Assembly (NCBI GenBank): GCA_951406725.2
Contig: OX597837.1
Location: 45,570,001 to 45,634,000 of the forward strand
Direction of reading: 5' to 3'
Origin: Octopus vulgaris
Lineage: Eukaryota
DNA length: 64,000 bases
Position numbers and translations under genes: made by a program. Positions within the stretch are counted from its first letter, which is position 1. Each line of letters begins with the position of its first letter. Below are positions 13,540-27,119 of this stretch, piece after piece. The notes below the pieces were generated by a model. That model saw only the letters and a list, made by a program, of their open reading frames with translations, was not told the DNA's origin and made no database searches.

Positions 13540-13806
13540 AGTTAACATGCAACTGGCTGAGCACTCCACAGACACTGTGTGCCCTTAATATAGTTCTCAG
13601 GGAATTCAGCAAGACACAGAATGTGACAAGGCTGGCCCTTTGAAATACAGGTACTCCTCATTTTTTTTTTGTTTTTGCCAGCTGAGTAGACTGGAGCAAC
13701 GTGAAATAAAGTGGCTTGCTCAAGGACACAATGTGTTGCCAGGAATTGAACTCATGACCTTACGATTGTGAGCCAAATACCCTAACCACTAAGCCACGCA
13801 CCTTCA
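13540..13806 (-). mobile_element. tRNA-derived SINE with CORE-like central region
   Basis: Minus strand gtggcttagtggttagg...gagttcaattcc...tgtgtccttgagcaag..actttatttcacgttgctccag. Related copy at 45432-45605 (+) and a fragment at about 2590-2715. Confidence 0.7.
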
Positions 13807-13929
13807 CACACATGAGCGCCCGCACGCACGCACACACACACACACACATGAAGAAAGAGATAAATAGAAACAACAAGAAACTGCAAATGAAATCTGAGAG
13901 AAAGTAACAAAAGAAGAGAAAATAATTAC

Positions 13930-14074
13930 CCAACATTTTCTTCTTTGAGGTGGGGATAAAGTTCTGCTGGTCCACTGCCCTCGTGTTCCGCTCGGCCAAT
14001 AAATTCCTCATGCATTTTGGACTGTGTTGAATTCAAGCAGTTGGTCCACATTGCAAGGAAGTTCGGGGTGTCAG
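13930..14074 (-). CDS. INTS13: INTS13 exon encoding the conserved C-terminal motif, phase 1 in
   Basis: Acceptor tttctttttccattag|. Translates DTPNFLAMWTNCLNSTQSKMHEEFIGRAEHEGSGPAELYPHLKEENVG, against recalled human SLLSLWSNRINTANSRKHQEFAGRLNSVNNRAELYQHLKEEN. The donor GG|gtaatt overlaps an in-frame TAA at 13928-13926. Confidence 0.93.
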
Positions 14075-14156
14075 CTAATGGAAAAAGAAAACACAAAATA
14101 AAGTAAGATAAAACTAAAAATAAAATAAAACTAAAACATTTCCAAATTCTATTATT

Positions 14157-14420
14157 TGCACCTGTGCCGGTGGCATGTGTAAAAAGATTCGAGTGAGGTC
14201 ATTGCCAGTACCGCCTGACTGGCCCGTGCTGGTGGCACGTAAAAAGCACCCACTACACTCTCGGAGTGGTTGGCGTTAGGAAGGGCATCCAGCAGTAGAA
14301 ACTCTGCCAGATCAAGATTGGAGCCTGGTGCGGCCGTCTGGTTTGCCAGCCCTCAGTCAAAATCGTCCAACCCATGCTAGCATGGAAGGCAGACATTAAA
14401 CGATGATGATGATGATGATG
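14157..14420 (+). mobile_element. Retroposon family C with (GAT)n tail
   Basis: gcacccactacactctcggagtggttggcgttaggaagggcatccagc...cccatgctagcatgg...aaacgatgatgat. Other copies at about 22150-22320, 40329-40830 and 52961-53097 (minus) and 57030-57292 (plus). Confidence 0.8.
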
Positions 14421-14439
14421 GTTTGGAATAACAAGTTTT

Positions 14440-14720
14440 CTTATATGCTTCTTCCTCTTGTCGTTTCTGCAAGTCTTTCTTCCTTCTCAGCCAAAGCACT
14501 AAGTTCTTCTATGAGTAACCGACTGATTGTCTGGTGGGTCCAGTACTTGTTCTAGATAATGCCAAGAATTCTACTGAAACATCTCATCTCAAACATCAAT
14601 GATTCCATCTCCTCAAAATATATTTTCTTTTCGTGAATGCACTTGTCTCACATCAATACAACACAATTGCAGATACCATAAACACTATTAGTAGTAAACA
14701 TATCTTATTTTTTTCTCCCG
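14440..14720 (-). mobile_element. RTE-like LINE ORF C-terminal relic
   Basis: Minus strand reads IVLY*CETS...FEMRCFSRILGI, a degraded LYGCETW/FEMRCxRRILGI motif. Confidence 0.55.
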
Positions 14721-15992
14721 TGATGTCAGCAATGATAAATAATTTGTAACTTGAGTATTTGATGTATACAACTCTCTAAAACTAGATTGATATCAAGTTT
14801 TGGAACCAAACAGAGTATTATTTTGTTTGCCAAAGAGAAGATGGTTAAGTGACTTGATACATTTGAAGTTTCTTGTATCTTTTTTAATAATAGCATTTGA
14901 TTGTAATCTACAAGATAATAGATCACAACATGGCTACGTAGCTAATAAGTTTGGTTTGGAACCACACAGTTCAGTGATTATTCCTACGATGTATCACGAT
15001 CAGCTTGTGTCTTCACCAACAGTTACGAGTCCCCCAAGTGCTCTGCGAGTGAAATTTGGCAAAGGGGAAACTGGAAGAAACCCACCATCATCATCACCAT
15101 TCTCAACATCGTCTCTGACTTAATTTTTTGTTTTTTACTTGTTTGAGTCATTAGACTGCCGCCATGCTGGGGCACCACCTTGAAGAATTTTTAATTGAAT
15201 GAATTGACCGAAGTACTTTTTTTCTTTTTGCTAAGCCTGGTGCTTGTTTTAGCAATCTCTTTTGCTGAACCACTAAGTTACACAAACATAAACACACTAA
15301 CACCGGTTGTCCATCAGTCATGGGGAACAAACACAGACACAAAGGCCATACGCACATAGATATATACATATTATATACAAGTATGTGACGTTAGTAATGT
15401 TTGTACACACACACACACACACACACATGCACAGAAGGATTTGTTTTGAAGTTTGAAAATGCATCTGAATCTAAAAAACGTGTAGTTGTATTTAAATAGA
15501 TTTATTCATATACCAAACTAGTTTTGACAATTTTTTGCTAATCAATGCTACATATATATATATATATATATATATGATATATGGCGGTGCCCCAGCAAGG
15601 CCACAGCTCATTAGCTGAAACTGGAAAAATCAAAATCATATATAAGAGGCTTGGGGAGAGTTTAAAGTTAAAAGGTAAAAATTGGACAAACATGTTTAAG
15701 CCATCAAATGTTCAAATGTTTATAGAAATTTCAAAGAGTTTCATAGGGAGAGGTAGTGATATCAACGTAAATGTATGGCAAAAACTATAACAAAACTATA
15801 ACATCACTGAAAGTTCAGTCATACTGAGTTTGTATAAGGAAAAGTGGAAAAGAAAGACGAAAAGGTTTCTTTTAGAATTTCTCTCGTGGCGCCTGCAGTT
15901 CTGTTTTCAATTTCAGTCACAGTGTATTGATCTCTTCACCTTTCACAGCTGGTTGCAGTTGGAAATACAACTCTTCTTTCCATATATATATA

Positions 15993-16377
15993 CTAGCAGT
16001 ATCGCCCGGCGTTGCTCAGGTTTGTAAGGGAAATAACTATAAAGCATTTTTAGAGAGTTATAGCCAAAAAATAGCAAAAAAATGGAAAAAAATGATGGTA
16101 AATTTTTTTTTGAGATTTAAAAAAGGTGGAGTTGCGTCCCCTAGACAGCTTGTGGTTCGTGTTTCTGATTCTCGACCCCATGTCGAATTTATCGATTTTT
16201 TTCAGAACTGGGGGAACTTTTCAAAATTTTCGCTGCGTTAGTTTTGAATTATGACATTGGGCTATGTGTGTGTCAAGTTTCATCAGAATCGGTTGAAAGC
16301 CGTGGTCAGGGTGAGGGTACAAGCAAACAGACACACAGAAACACGCACAGACAAACTGCCGTATATATATAGAGAGA
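15993..16377 (-). mobile_element. Non-autonomous Helitron-type element
   Basis: Minus strand begins A|TCTCTCTATATAT and ends with the hairpin cctgagcaacgccgggcg plus CTAG|T. Inserted between A and T with no TSD. Confidence 0.8.
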
Positions 16378-16379
16378 TG

Positions 16380-16515
16380 AGAGTGGCTGTGTGGTGAGAA
16401 GCTTGCTTCCCAACCACATGGTTCCAGGTTCAGTCCCACTGCATGTCTTCTACTATAGCCTCAAGCCAACCACTTGTGAGTGGATTTGGTAGGAGGAAGC
16501 TGAAAGAAGCCTGTC

Positions 16516-16548
<33 letters not shown>

Positions 16549-16932
16549 TGTTTGTATATGTAAGTATTTGTATCTGTGTTTGTTCCTCCACCATCACTTG
16601 ACAACAGATGTTCGTGTGTTTACGTCCCCGTCACTTAGCAGTTCAATGAAAAGAGACCAATAGAATAAGTACTAGGCTTACAAAGAATAAGACCTGGGGT
16701 TGATTTGTTCAACTAAATGTGGTGCTCCAGCATGGCCACAGTCAAATGACTGAAACAAGTAAAAGAATAAAAGAATATATACAATGGGCTTCTTTCAGTT
16801 TCCATCAACCAAATCCAATCACAAGGCTTTAGTCAGCCTAGGGCTATAATACAAGACACTAGTTCAAATTGCTACATGGGAGGACTGAACCATGTGGTTG
16901 AGAAGCTTGCTTCTTAACCATGTAGCCATGCC
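16380..16932. mobile_element. SINE family A plus copy (16380-16775) followed by an inverted head copy (16785-16932)
   Basis: The same head and body motifs appear in opposite orientations, adjacent to each other. Confidence 0.75.
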
Positions 16933-17844
16933 ACACACTTCTGACTGTGTGTCTGTGTGTCACTGACCTGGTATGTGCTCACTAATCGTAAACAAAAGTC
17001 ACCATCATAACAACGGTGTTGTTTGTTTGCTATCTTCCGTGGAAACATGTCCTGCTATTGAGCTGTTCATTGTTTGAAGAATTAGAAGAAATATGACCCG
17101 ACTTGGAAACGGTAAGAATTAAGAAGAGCATTTGGCCACCGAATCTAAGACATTCTGCGACTGTTTGATTTTGGAGGCGACAAGGGACGCTGTGGCATAT
17201 CAACACTCACACACACACACACACACGCACACACACACACGCACACACACACACGCACACTCACACATACACACACACACATGCCAGCATATAGATATGT
17301 ATACATACATTGAGGTTGTTGCCATACAGTGGAACTGAATCTGAAACCATATAGTTACAAGGTGGACCTAGCCACATAGTCATGTCTGCACCTATACACA
17401 CATATACACACACACAGAGAAATACACATACATAAACATATATAAAACACACATATATACACACACATATGCACATATACATACAAATATAAACACACAC
17501 ACACACATATATATATATACCCGCACACATATACACACACACATTTATATACACTTACATATATACACATACATATACACACTCACACACACGTCTTCCT
17601 CTATGTAACATACAATACAAAATGCAAACAAAAACAAAACAAATTCCATGCTAATGCATAATCTGAAGAGAATTAAATTGAATTCTAACCTGTGTTTGTA
17701 TGTGTGTAGAATTGTGTGCATGCGTGCATGTGTGTGTGTGTATGCTGTGTGTATGTATGTGTGTGTGGAGGGGAGCGAATGTGTGTGGGTGTGTTATAAC
17801 AAATTTTAATTTGTTATTAATTTATTATTACTCCTGTTGTTCAT

Positions 17845-18495
17845 TAGCATCATCATCATCACTATCACCAATTCTACCACCATCACCACCACCACCACCA
17901 TCATTATTATCATCGTCAACATCATCATCATCATCACCACTGTTGCCACCACCACCTTTATTCAACATCGCCGTTGTCATCACCACCATTACTATCATAA
18001 TCATCGTTGCCATCATCATCATCATCATCACTACCATACTCACTACGATAATTGTAATCACATCATCATCATCATAATCACCATCATCATCTCTATAATC
18101 ACCAACATCATCATCATCATCATCATCTCTATAATCACCATCATCATCATCATCATCGTCATCATCTTCACCATCATCATCATCGTCACCATCATCATCG
18201 TCATCATCATCATCATCTCTATAATCACCAACATCATCACCATCATCTCTATAATCACCAACATCATCATCATCATCATCACCGTCATCATCATCATCGT
18301 CATCATCATCATCATCTCTATAATCACCAACATCATCATCATCATCATCACCGTCATCATCATCATCGTCATCATCATCATCATTTCTATAATCACCAAC
18401 ATCATCATCACTATAATCATCATAACCATCACTATCATCATCATCATCATCATCATCTCTATAATCACCAACATCATCATCACTATAATCATCAT

Positions 18496-18529
<34 letters not shown>

Positions 18530-18560
18530 TCTATAATCACCAACATCATTATAATCATTA
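17845..18560. repeat. (CAT)n array with a higher-order unit ctctataatcaccaa
   Basis: The interruption recurs about 8 times within the CAT repeats. Confidence 0.92.
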
Positions 18561-19554
18561 CACCCCCATATGACCATCACCCCCACCACCACCACACACA
18601 ATTGTTGATGTTGATGTTGATGTCGTTTGGAACGCTTTTTGCATTCTTAGATTCGGTGTTGTTGTTGTTGTTGTTTAAGCTGTGTTTATGTTTTAGATTC
18701 TCTGATGTCTCTGCACTTGTTGCTGTTGTTGTTGTTGTCAGCATCATTGCAGTTGTTGTTTGTGTTGTTGTTGTTGTTGTTGCATTTTGTGTCAGTAATG
18801 CCTTAACGCCTTGTTATGGCTTAAACCAGAAAGTGCAATCCGCTTAAAGCAAGTGACGGGGGGAGGGGGTGACGGGAGGAGGGGTGGGGTGGAACAGAGC
18901 AAATAACAACTGATGATGATGATAAGGAGGAGGAGGAGAAGAATGAAGAAGAAGACGAAGAAGGAGAAAAAGATGATGAAGGAGAAGATGATGATGAAGA
19001 GGAATGAAGAAGTAGAAGAATGGAGGAGGAAGAGGAGGAGCATAAAGAAGAAGGGGAAATAGAAGAATGAAGAAGAAGAAGAATGAAGGAGAAGAAGAAG
19101 AATGAAGAAGGAGAAGAAGAAGAATGAAGAAGGAAAAGAAGAAGAAGACGACGAAGAAGAAGAATGAAGAAGAAAAGAAGAATGAAGAAGAATGAAGAAG
19201 GAGAAGAAGAAGGAGAAGAAGAAGAAGAAGAAAAAGAAGAAAAGGAAGAAGAATGAAGAAGAAAAAGAAAAAGAAGAAGAAGAAGAAGAAGAAGAAGAAG
19301 GAGAAGAAGAAGAAGAATGATAATAATAATGGTAGTAATGATAATAACAGTGATGATGATGATGATAGCAAAAAAAAAAAATACTAAATACTCAATAATC
19401 CTTATACAAATGAAAAAGAGAAATTTAATAAAGTAAATAAAAAGTTAAAAGGAGAGAGAGGGGAGGGGAGGGGGAGTGTGGAATTAGAGACTGCAGCAAT
19501 TTTAGTTGACACCTCCAGGTGACATTATTCACCGCTTCTTCGTTTCTCACTCAC

Positions 19555-19584
19555 CTCCCCCCACCCCGGTGCTGTCACTCGTTA
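19555..19584 (-). CDS. INTS13: Candidate 30-nt in-frame microexon of INTS13, phase 1/1
   Basis: U-rich acceptor tttatttgcttattacag| and consensus donor GAG|gtgagt. Length is a multiple of 3 and it is open in the required phase, adding ITSDSTGVGG. Confidence 0.7.
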
Positions 19585-19869
19585 CTGTAATAAGCAAATA
19601 AATGTAACCATAAAAGGAAACAAGTTGCTTGTTGTTGTTGCTGTTGTTGTTGTAGGTGGTGGTGGTGGTGGTGACGAATCATGCTTTAGTGGTGCTGGTG
19701 GCATTGGTTGCTGTGTTGGTGGTGGTGGTCCTGGTAGTGTTGGTGCCTGGTGGCATTGGTCGTGGTGGTGGTTGTGGTGGTGGTATAATTAACAGCAGTG
19801 AGCAGAGTGATGATGGCAGTCACAGTAAAAGTGGTGGTGGAGGAAGAGGAGGGGTGGTGGTAGTGGTGA

Positions 19870-19932
<63 letters not shown>

Positions 19933-20565
19933 CGGCAGTAGTAGCAGTAAATGGCAGATTGCAATAGCAAAGAGTACAGCCAGTATTGTCATTGTGCAGC
20001 AAAATATATAAAGTATATAAATAGAAAGAAAGGAAGGGGAGAGAGAAGAAGAAGAAGAAGAAGAAAGGGAGGAAGGAAGGAAGGAAGGAAGGAAAGAAGG
20101 GAGAAAAGAGAAAAGAGAAAAGAAAGAAAGAAAAAAGAAAAGGAGGAGGGAAGAAAGAGAAAAAGAAGAGAGAGAAAAGAAGAGAAAGAAAGAGAGAAAA
20201 GAAAGGAGGAAGGAAAGAAAGGAAGGGGAAAGAAGAAGAAGAAGAAGAAAAAAAGGAGGAAGGAAGAGAGAGAAAAAGAAGAGAAAGAGAGAAAAGAAAG
20301 AAAAAGGGAGGAAGGAAGAGAGGGAAGAAGGAAGAAAGAAGGAAGGAAAGAAGGAGTCCTGATAGTGAGACGAAGAGTAGAGCAAAGCAACATTGAATGC
20401 AGCTAAGAAGAAAAAAAACACCTCAATCGCTCAAGTTACTGTTAAGTGGATTAGTGTGAGATTTAGTCTGATGCCTGCATAGAGAAACGAGATGAAGCTG
20501 TTCCTAGGCAACACAGCTATCAGACCACTGCTACACATGCTATCACATACTATCACTACTACTAC

Positions 20566-20599
<34 letters not shown>

Positions 20600-20768
20600 T
20601 CTGCTATAGAAAGTTAATTAAAATTCTGAATGTTTCGGATATGTTGTTGCTAATAAGATTTTCACTCCTCAGACTTATTACTCTCTCAGAGACAACATAT
20701 TTTTTTGTAATGGCTACATCAGTCACAGGCGTGGCTGCATGGCAAGAAGGCTGTGGTAGAAGACACTT

Positions 20769-21183
20769 GCGGCGAGCTGGCAGAATCATTAGCATGCTGG
20801 GCGAAATGCCTGGCGGTATTTCATCTGCCGTTATGTTCTGAGTTCAAATTCCGCTGAGGTCGACTTTGCCTTTCATCCTTTCGGGGATCAATAAATTAAG
20901 TACCAGTTACACACCGGGGTCAATGTAATCGACTTAATCCCTTTGTCTGTCCTTGTTTGTCCCCTCTGTGTTTAGATCCTTGTGGGTAGTAAAGAAATAG
21001 GTATTTCGTCTGCCGCTACGTTCTGAGTTCAAATTCTGCCGAGGTCGACTTTGCCTTTCATCCTTACGGGGCCGAAAAATTAAGTACCAGTTACACACTG
21101 GGGTTGATGTAATCGACTTAATCCGTTTGTCTGTCCTTGTTTGTCCCCTCTATGTTTAGCCCCTTGTGGGCAATAAAGAGATA
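20769..21183 (+). mobile_element. SINE family B tandem dimer
   Basis: Head ggcgagctggcagaa, then two ~185-bp bodies joined at aaataggtatttcgtctgccg. Confidence 0.85.
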
Positions 21184-21582
21184 AGAAGACACTTGCCCAA
21201 TGTGTCATGCAGTGGGACTGAACCTGGAACCATGTAGTTGGTAAGCAAACTTCTAACCACAGAGCCATGCCATATTCTAAGTTGGTCATGCTTTGGAATA
21301 CAGCAGGAAAGAGTAATAACGGTTGCTTTTGATATGACCCCATAAGAGAATGCCTGAGAACTCTCTCTACCCCCTCCATGGGCTTTCCAGGAGTAGGAGG
21401 CAGAGAAGACAGATTGATTGATGGATGGAACTACATCTTTATAACTTTTCAAATGTTTTGATCTCCGATCATCATCAGAATCTTTTATTCTTAGATAACT
21501 GCATAATCAAGGCCAGATTTCACCTCAAAAATTTAGGGAAGTTTTTTTTTTAAAGTCATAATAACCAATATGTTTTACTTAC

Positions 21583-21704
21583 TGCTTGGTCTGCCGAATG
21601 TGTCTTCAGAACCTGTCTTTTTGATCTTATGAGAAGTGGCTTCCAGTTTAGAACTTGATCCGTAGTTCATCTCCTGTCTTTCTCTTTCTGTCATTTTCTG
21701 GAAC
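21583..21704 (-). CDS. INTS13: INTS13 internal exon, phase 2 in / phase 1 out, 122 nt
   Basis: Acceptor ttctgcccctag|G and donor AGCA|gtaagt. Open frame FQKMTERERQEMNYGSSSKLEATSHKIKKTGSEDTFGRPS. Its phases bridge the 41052 and 14074 exons exactly. Confidence 0.85.
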
Positions 21705-23593
21705 CTAGGGGCAGAAATAGAAAGAAAACGGTAACATAACTTTAACAATCATTAACATTCAGATTACTCTGTCAAATGTAACGCTAATATATTCACAATG
21801 GTTTGAATTAATAATGCATTATCTTGTGGCTTTGAGGATTCAATGACGTGATTGCTTATTTTTTAGAATGACATAGTAGGATAAGTGCGAGAGACCATAT
21901 CTGTCCAGTTTGAACATCAGAGAGTCGCCAGATATGCTCAGTATAAACGGTAAAAGGTAACTTATTTTTTCACTTGTAATTCTTTAAAATATCTTCATAA
22001 ATCCACCAATGGTAGAACTAAGAAATATGGTAAAACTAATGAGAAGAGGTTTTTCCTTTTTTAGAAAGGTATAAGGCTTAGAGTAGCAGGAATGATAGAA
22101 GATGGGTGATAGAGAAGGTAGAGGCTGAGTGATAAAATTGGTAGAAAATCATCATCATCATCATCATCGTTTAACGTCTGCTTTCCATGCTAGCATGGGT
22201 TGGACAATTTTGACTGAGGGCTGGCAAACCAGGCTCCAATCTTGATTTGGCAGAGTTTCTACAGCTGGATGCCTTTCCTAACACCAACCACTCCAAGAAT
22301 GTAGTGGGTACTTTTTATGTGGATAGATTCAGAAGTTGCAAAGAAGAATAGAATCTGAATGTTAAAACTGGTGTAATTTGGATGGTGAAATTGGTAGAAG
22401 TTGAATGGAAGGATTGATAGAGAGTGAGTGATAGATTTAGTGTAGTGGAATACATGAAAATTGAGTGGTAAAATTGTTATAATGTGAATACAAGAAGAGG
22501 GGGGATTTGAGTGATAGAATTGGTAGAAATTGAGTGGTAGAGTCAGAAGTAGAATCAAGTTATAAATTGGATGAAAGATTAGAAGAAGTTGAGCAGTAAA
22601 CTGGAATGATTAGAATGGAAGAAGAGGTAGAAGTTGAGTGATAGAAATGGTAGCAATGGTAAAATTATAGTAAAATTACAGTGATAAAGCTAGTGATTAA
22701 GCAACAGAATTGGTACAAAGGGGGATCCAAGAGAAACCAGAATTTTGCAATATCATTTTATTCACTTAGTTTTACATGTTTACACTTTTATTTTCTCCAT
22801 TTGAAGCAATGCATCAGTTCTTTTCATGGTTTCAGTCATTGAACTGTGGCCATGCTGGAGCTGGAGGCGATAAGTTCAAGGGTTTCATTGATATATATAT
22901 ATATTGATTCCAGCTCTTATTACTAAGGCTGGGAGTTATTTTATCAATCCCTATTTGTCAAACTTCTATGTCAGGGGACATGAACATACACACCTACACA
23001 TACATATATAATAGGATTCTCTACAGTTTCCTTCAACCAAATTTCACCCTGCCTTTAAATTATAGATCTGCTCTATCAGGCATGGCATAAGATTAAACAA
23101 TAGTGTGTGTGCGTAAGTGTGTGTGTGTGTGTGTGTGTAAATGTGTATGTGTGTAAGTGCGTGTGTGTGTGTGTGTGTGTGTGTGTTATCTTAGGCAAAG
23201 CCTTACAGTAACTGTGTAAAATGGTGGAATTCGGAATCATAAAGCGAAAGAAAAAATCAACACCAGTAACCTTTCAAGCCATATTTAGAAAATGTTAGTT
23301 TATGTTTAGCATACAGTGTCATACACGCAATGTGTGTATGTATATATATATATATATATATGTATATATAGCAATCATGCATATGTTTATGTTCATCTAA
23401 GTTCTCGTGCTTACAGTACTTATTCATTCAAGCTGTTCTTGTCATCTCATACCAAACACCCACACACAGAAATTACATTCATAACCCCCAACAGACATCT
23501 GTTTCTACAAGCAACCAAGTTTCACAGCTAAATACGGAAGGAAGCATCCTCAGGGAGAAGCAAAGAAAGAACGACGAACAAAATTACTCTCTC

Positions 23594-23641
<48 letters not shown>

Positions 23642-24859
23642 AATATCAAGATATGTCAGTTGGTAAGATGAGGAACATTCCAATTATACCTCTGGGCACT
23701 TTTCTGTGTATTAACTCACAAAAGATCACAGACAACGAACTGCTAAAATGAAAATTAAGATTTCCACTTGCCAATGTAATTACTGATCCATAAAATTTGT
23801 ATAAAATTTACAATTGAATTGCAAACATATTCCAGCAGTAATTGACTCAGTAAAGAGACAGATGAAGCAAGATGACTCTAGAGACTATATATGTGTCAAA
23901 CTCCAGCACTGCATCATTTAATTATTGAATCAGTTCTGATCTCATTTGAAATGTTTTCCCCGCACAGAAAACAGAAAGTACATCCATAATTCCTGATGGA
24001 TATCTTGTTTCATAAGCAAACCAATTTTTAGAGCTGAAATTAGAATGTGATTTTTGTTGTGTGTTGCTTCTTATGCTGTAATTCAGCATGCAGAGACACA
24101 CACACACACAAACACACACACACAAACACACACACACACACTATTATCATCATTTTATTTCCATCTGCTATGCTGGTAAGTGTTGAATGGTTTGAGATGA
24201 GCTAGTAAGCCTGGATACCATTTCTAATACCAGTCATTTTACAGAGTGAACTGGCTGCATTTTATGTGGCACCAGCATTGGTGAGGTCATCACGTAACTC
24301 GACAAAGACCCCACATCTGAGAAGGAGAGCGGTACTGAAAGAGGTGAGTTTGAGCCAGGTGATGAGAGGTTAAACTATGGTAGAAGAACAGAAACAGCTG
24401 TCAGGCACGTCGTCCACTTTGTAAAGTGTTGATGTTAAGAAGGACATCCAGTTGTAGAAAGCAGGCAGTGAAGTTTGGCACAGTGACCAGGCTTACTAGC
24501 TTGTCTCAAACCAGATTTTCAAAGAGGTCGTATTATTGGGCAATCTGAGGCTATTCTTAGTCAGCGAAAAACTGATGAAAATCTTTAAATTCCTCGTTAC
24601 TGTTAATAGAATTATAATGCAATTCAAAAGCCATGGAAAAGAATCAACAGATTCTCATCCCAGCCGACCTGGGCCCTTGGAAAGGAAGCTTCGCTGTTTG
24701 AAAAGAATGTTTATTCATGTTTATCTGCATCAGCCTTTCTCTCTCTCTCAATGTGTGTGCGTATATATATATATATATATATAAACAAACACACACATAC
24801 ATGTATGTATACATACATATATATATATGCATGTATATATATGAATATATATACATACG

Positions 24860-24898
<39 letters not shown>

Positions 24899-25133
24899 AT
24901 GTATGTATGTATGTATGTATGTATATATCTGTAAGCGAACTTTAGATTAGTTTAGAATATGTTGTGTTTGTGACATATTTCAACATCTAAAGGCACAAAT
25001 TCACTGCAGTTACCATGGAAGAAAAATTCTCTCTTACGGTAAAAAAAAAAGGTGTGAAAACACTGTCACACACCCACACACATATGTATTATATACACAC
25101 ACACACACATGTACATGGACATGTGTGTGTCTA

Positions 25134-25172
<39 letters not shown>

Positions 25173-25214
25173 CAGAAGCATTCACTTACATCTAGTATAC
25201 ACACAGACACACAC

Positions 25215-25266
<52 letters not shown>

Positions 25267-26713
25267 TACACAACTGCATATTAGTAGACACATGCACATA
25301 TGTCATTTTACAAGAGTAGCTGTTTCTGCAACTGTCTGTGGTGCATCATTTTTCCCCCAATCTGCCTGCCTGTCTGTCTGTCTGTGTGTCTGTTTGCCTG
25401 TGAGTTGGTGAAGAACCAAATACAAGAACCAAATTTAAAACCAAATTATTAAAGATTTATCTCTCATGACATCTAAATTGACTTTGAATTCTATCAAAGA
25501 GTGCTGCGTGGCCGTCTTTCACTGAAGTATGATTCCATAGAGATGGTAATGGTCAGAGTGACATGGAGCAAATCCGCAACCAAATTATACATGTGCTTCA
25601 TCTGGGTGCATTATGGATGGGATTCGGACGCATGACCCTTGCTACATGGGGCCACTTCGAAACTGTTCTGACACTGAGAGGAAGACAAGTATGTTAATAA
25701 CATCACTCACAACCACCATGACCACTGCTACCTGCACCAATACCACCAGTACCACCACCACCACCACCACCACCACTACCACCACCATCACCACCATCGT
25801 CGTCATCAGCAACACCATCATGATCGTCACCACCGCTACAACCAGCACCACCACCACCACCACCACCACTACCACCACCACCACCACCACCACCATCACC
25901 ATCACCACCATCATCATCGTCATCAGCAACACCATCATGATCATCACCACTGCTACAACCAGCACCAACACCACCACCACCACCACCACCACTACAACTA
26001 GCACTACTACCACTAGCACCACCCCCACCACTACCATATCATCATCACCACCATCATCATCATCATCACCTTCCTCATCATCATCACCTTCATCATCATC
26101 ATCATCATCAGTGTCATCATTTGCATCTCTATCTCCAACATTATCATGATTTCTATTACTGACATCATCATCATCACAGTAATTTGTTTTTCCACACTAG
26201 CAGAAATTTTGACAAAGGGATATATTTTGAGTTAGGATTTGACAAAGGGTTGTATTTTGAGCCAGGATACACTTCTTGTCCCCAACACTTGTCTGTTTTC
26301 AAGTAAGGGACATTCATTTTCACTCTACAGGACTTTGAAAGCACAGAGCAGCCGGTCGCAATGTCAACAAGGAATATCAACATCAACACCGGTTCACTAA
26401 AGCATAGGTACAAGCATAGTTGTGTGGTAAGATGAAGAAATTGCTTTGAAACCACAGTTCTGAGTTCAGTCCCACTGCATGGCACCTTCGGCAAGTGTCT
26501 TCTACTATAGCTTCAGGCTGACCAAGAGTAGATTTGGTAGACAGAAACTGAAGGAAGGCGGCGAGCTGGCAGAAACGCTAGCATGCCGGGCAAAATACTT
26601 AGCGGTATTTCGTCTGCTGCTACCCTAACCCTAACCCTAAGGCTTCTTATTTGTAAGCCTAGTACTTATTCTATTGGTTACTTTTGCGATGTTGGTGAGC
26701 CAAACACACACAG

Positions 26714-26744
<31 letters not shown>

Positions 26745-26903
26745 ACGGGCTTCTTTCAGTTTCCATCTACCAAATCCATTCACAAGGCTTTGGTCGGCCC
26801 AAGGCTATAGTAGAAGACAGCTGCCCAAGGTGCCACGCAGTAGGACTGAACCCAGAGCCATGTTGTTGGTAAGCAAGCTACCTACCACACAGCCATGCCT
26901 GCG

Positions 26904-26941
<38 letters not shown>

Positions 26942-27082
26942 CAGCATATCTATCCACTAGTCTATCTATCTAGCTCTGTGTGTGTTGTGCATATATACAT
27001 ATATATTTGTGTCTGTTTGTATATGTGCACAAGTTTATATATGATGTGCAATCTACAGAGTGAGTATATGCGTGAGTGTGCG

Positions 27083-27119
<37 letters not shown>

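Noticed and set aside
17828-18601. Asp-rich ORF with DDVGDYRDD repeats resembling an acidic biomineralisation protein
   Set aside because: It lies in an INTS13 intron and is a (CAT)n higher-order microsatellite open in several frames. It has no signal peptide or splice support.
21440-21482. Minus-strand ctgatga-tgatc-gga-gatca-aaac hammerhead-like motif
   Set aside because: The GAAA core is mutated and stems I and III are unconvincing.
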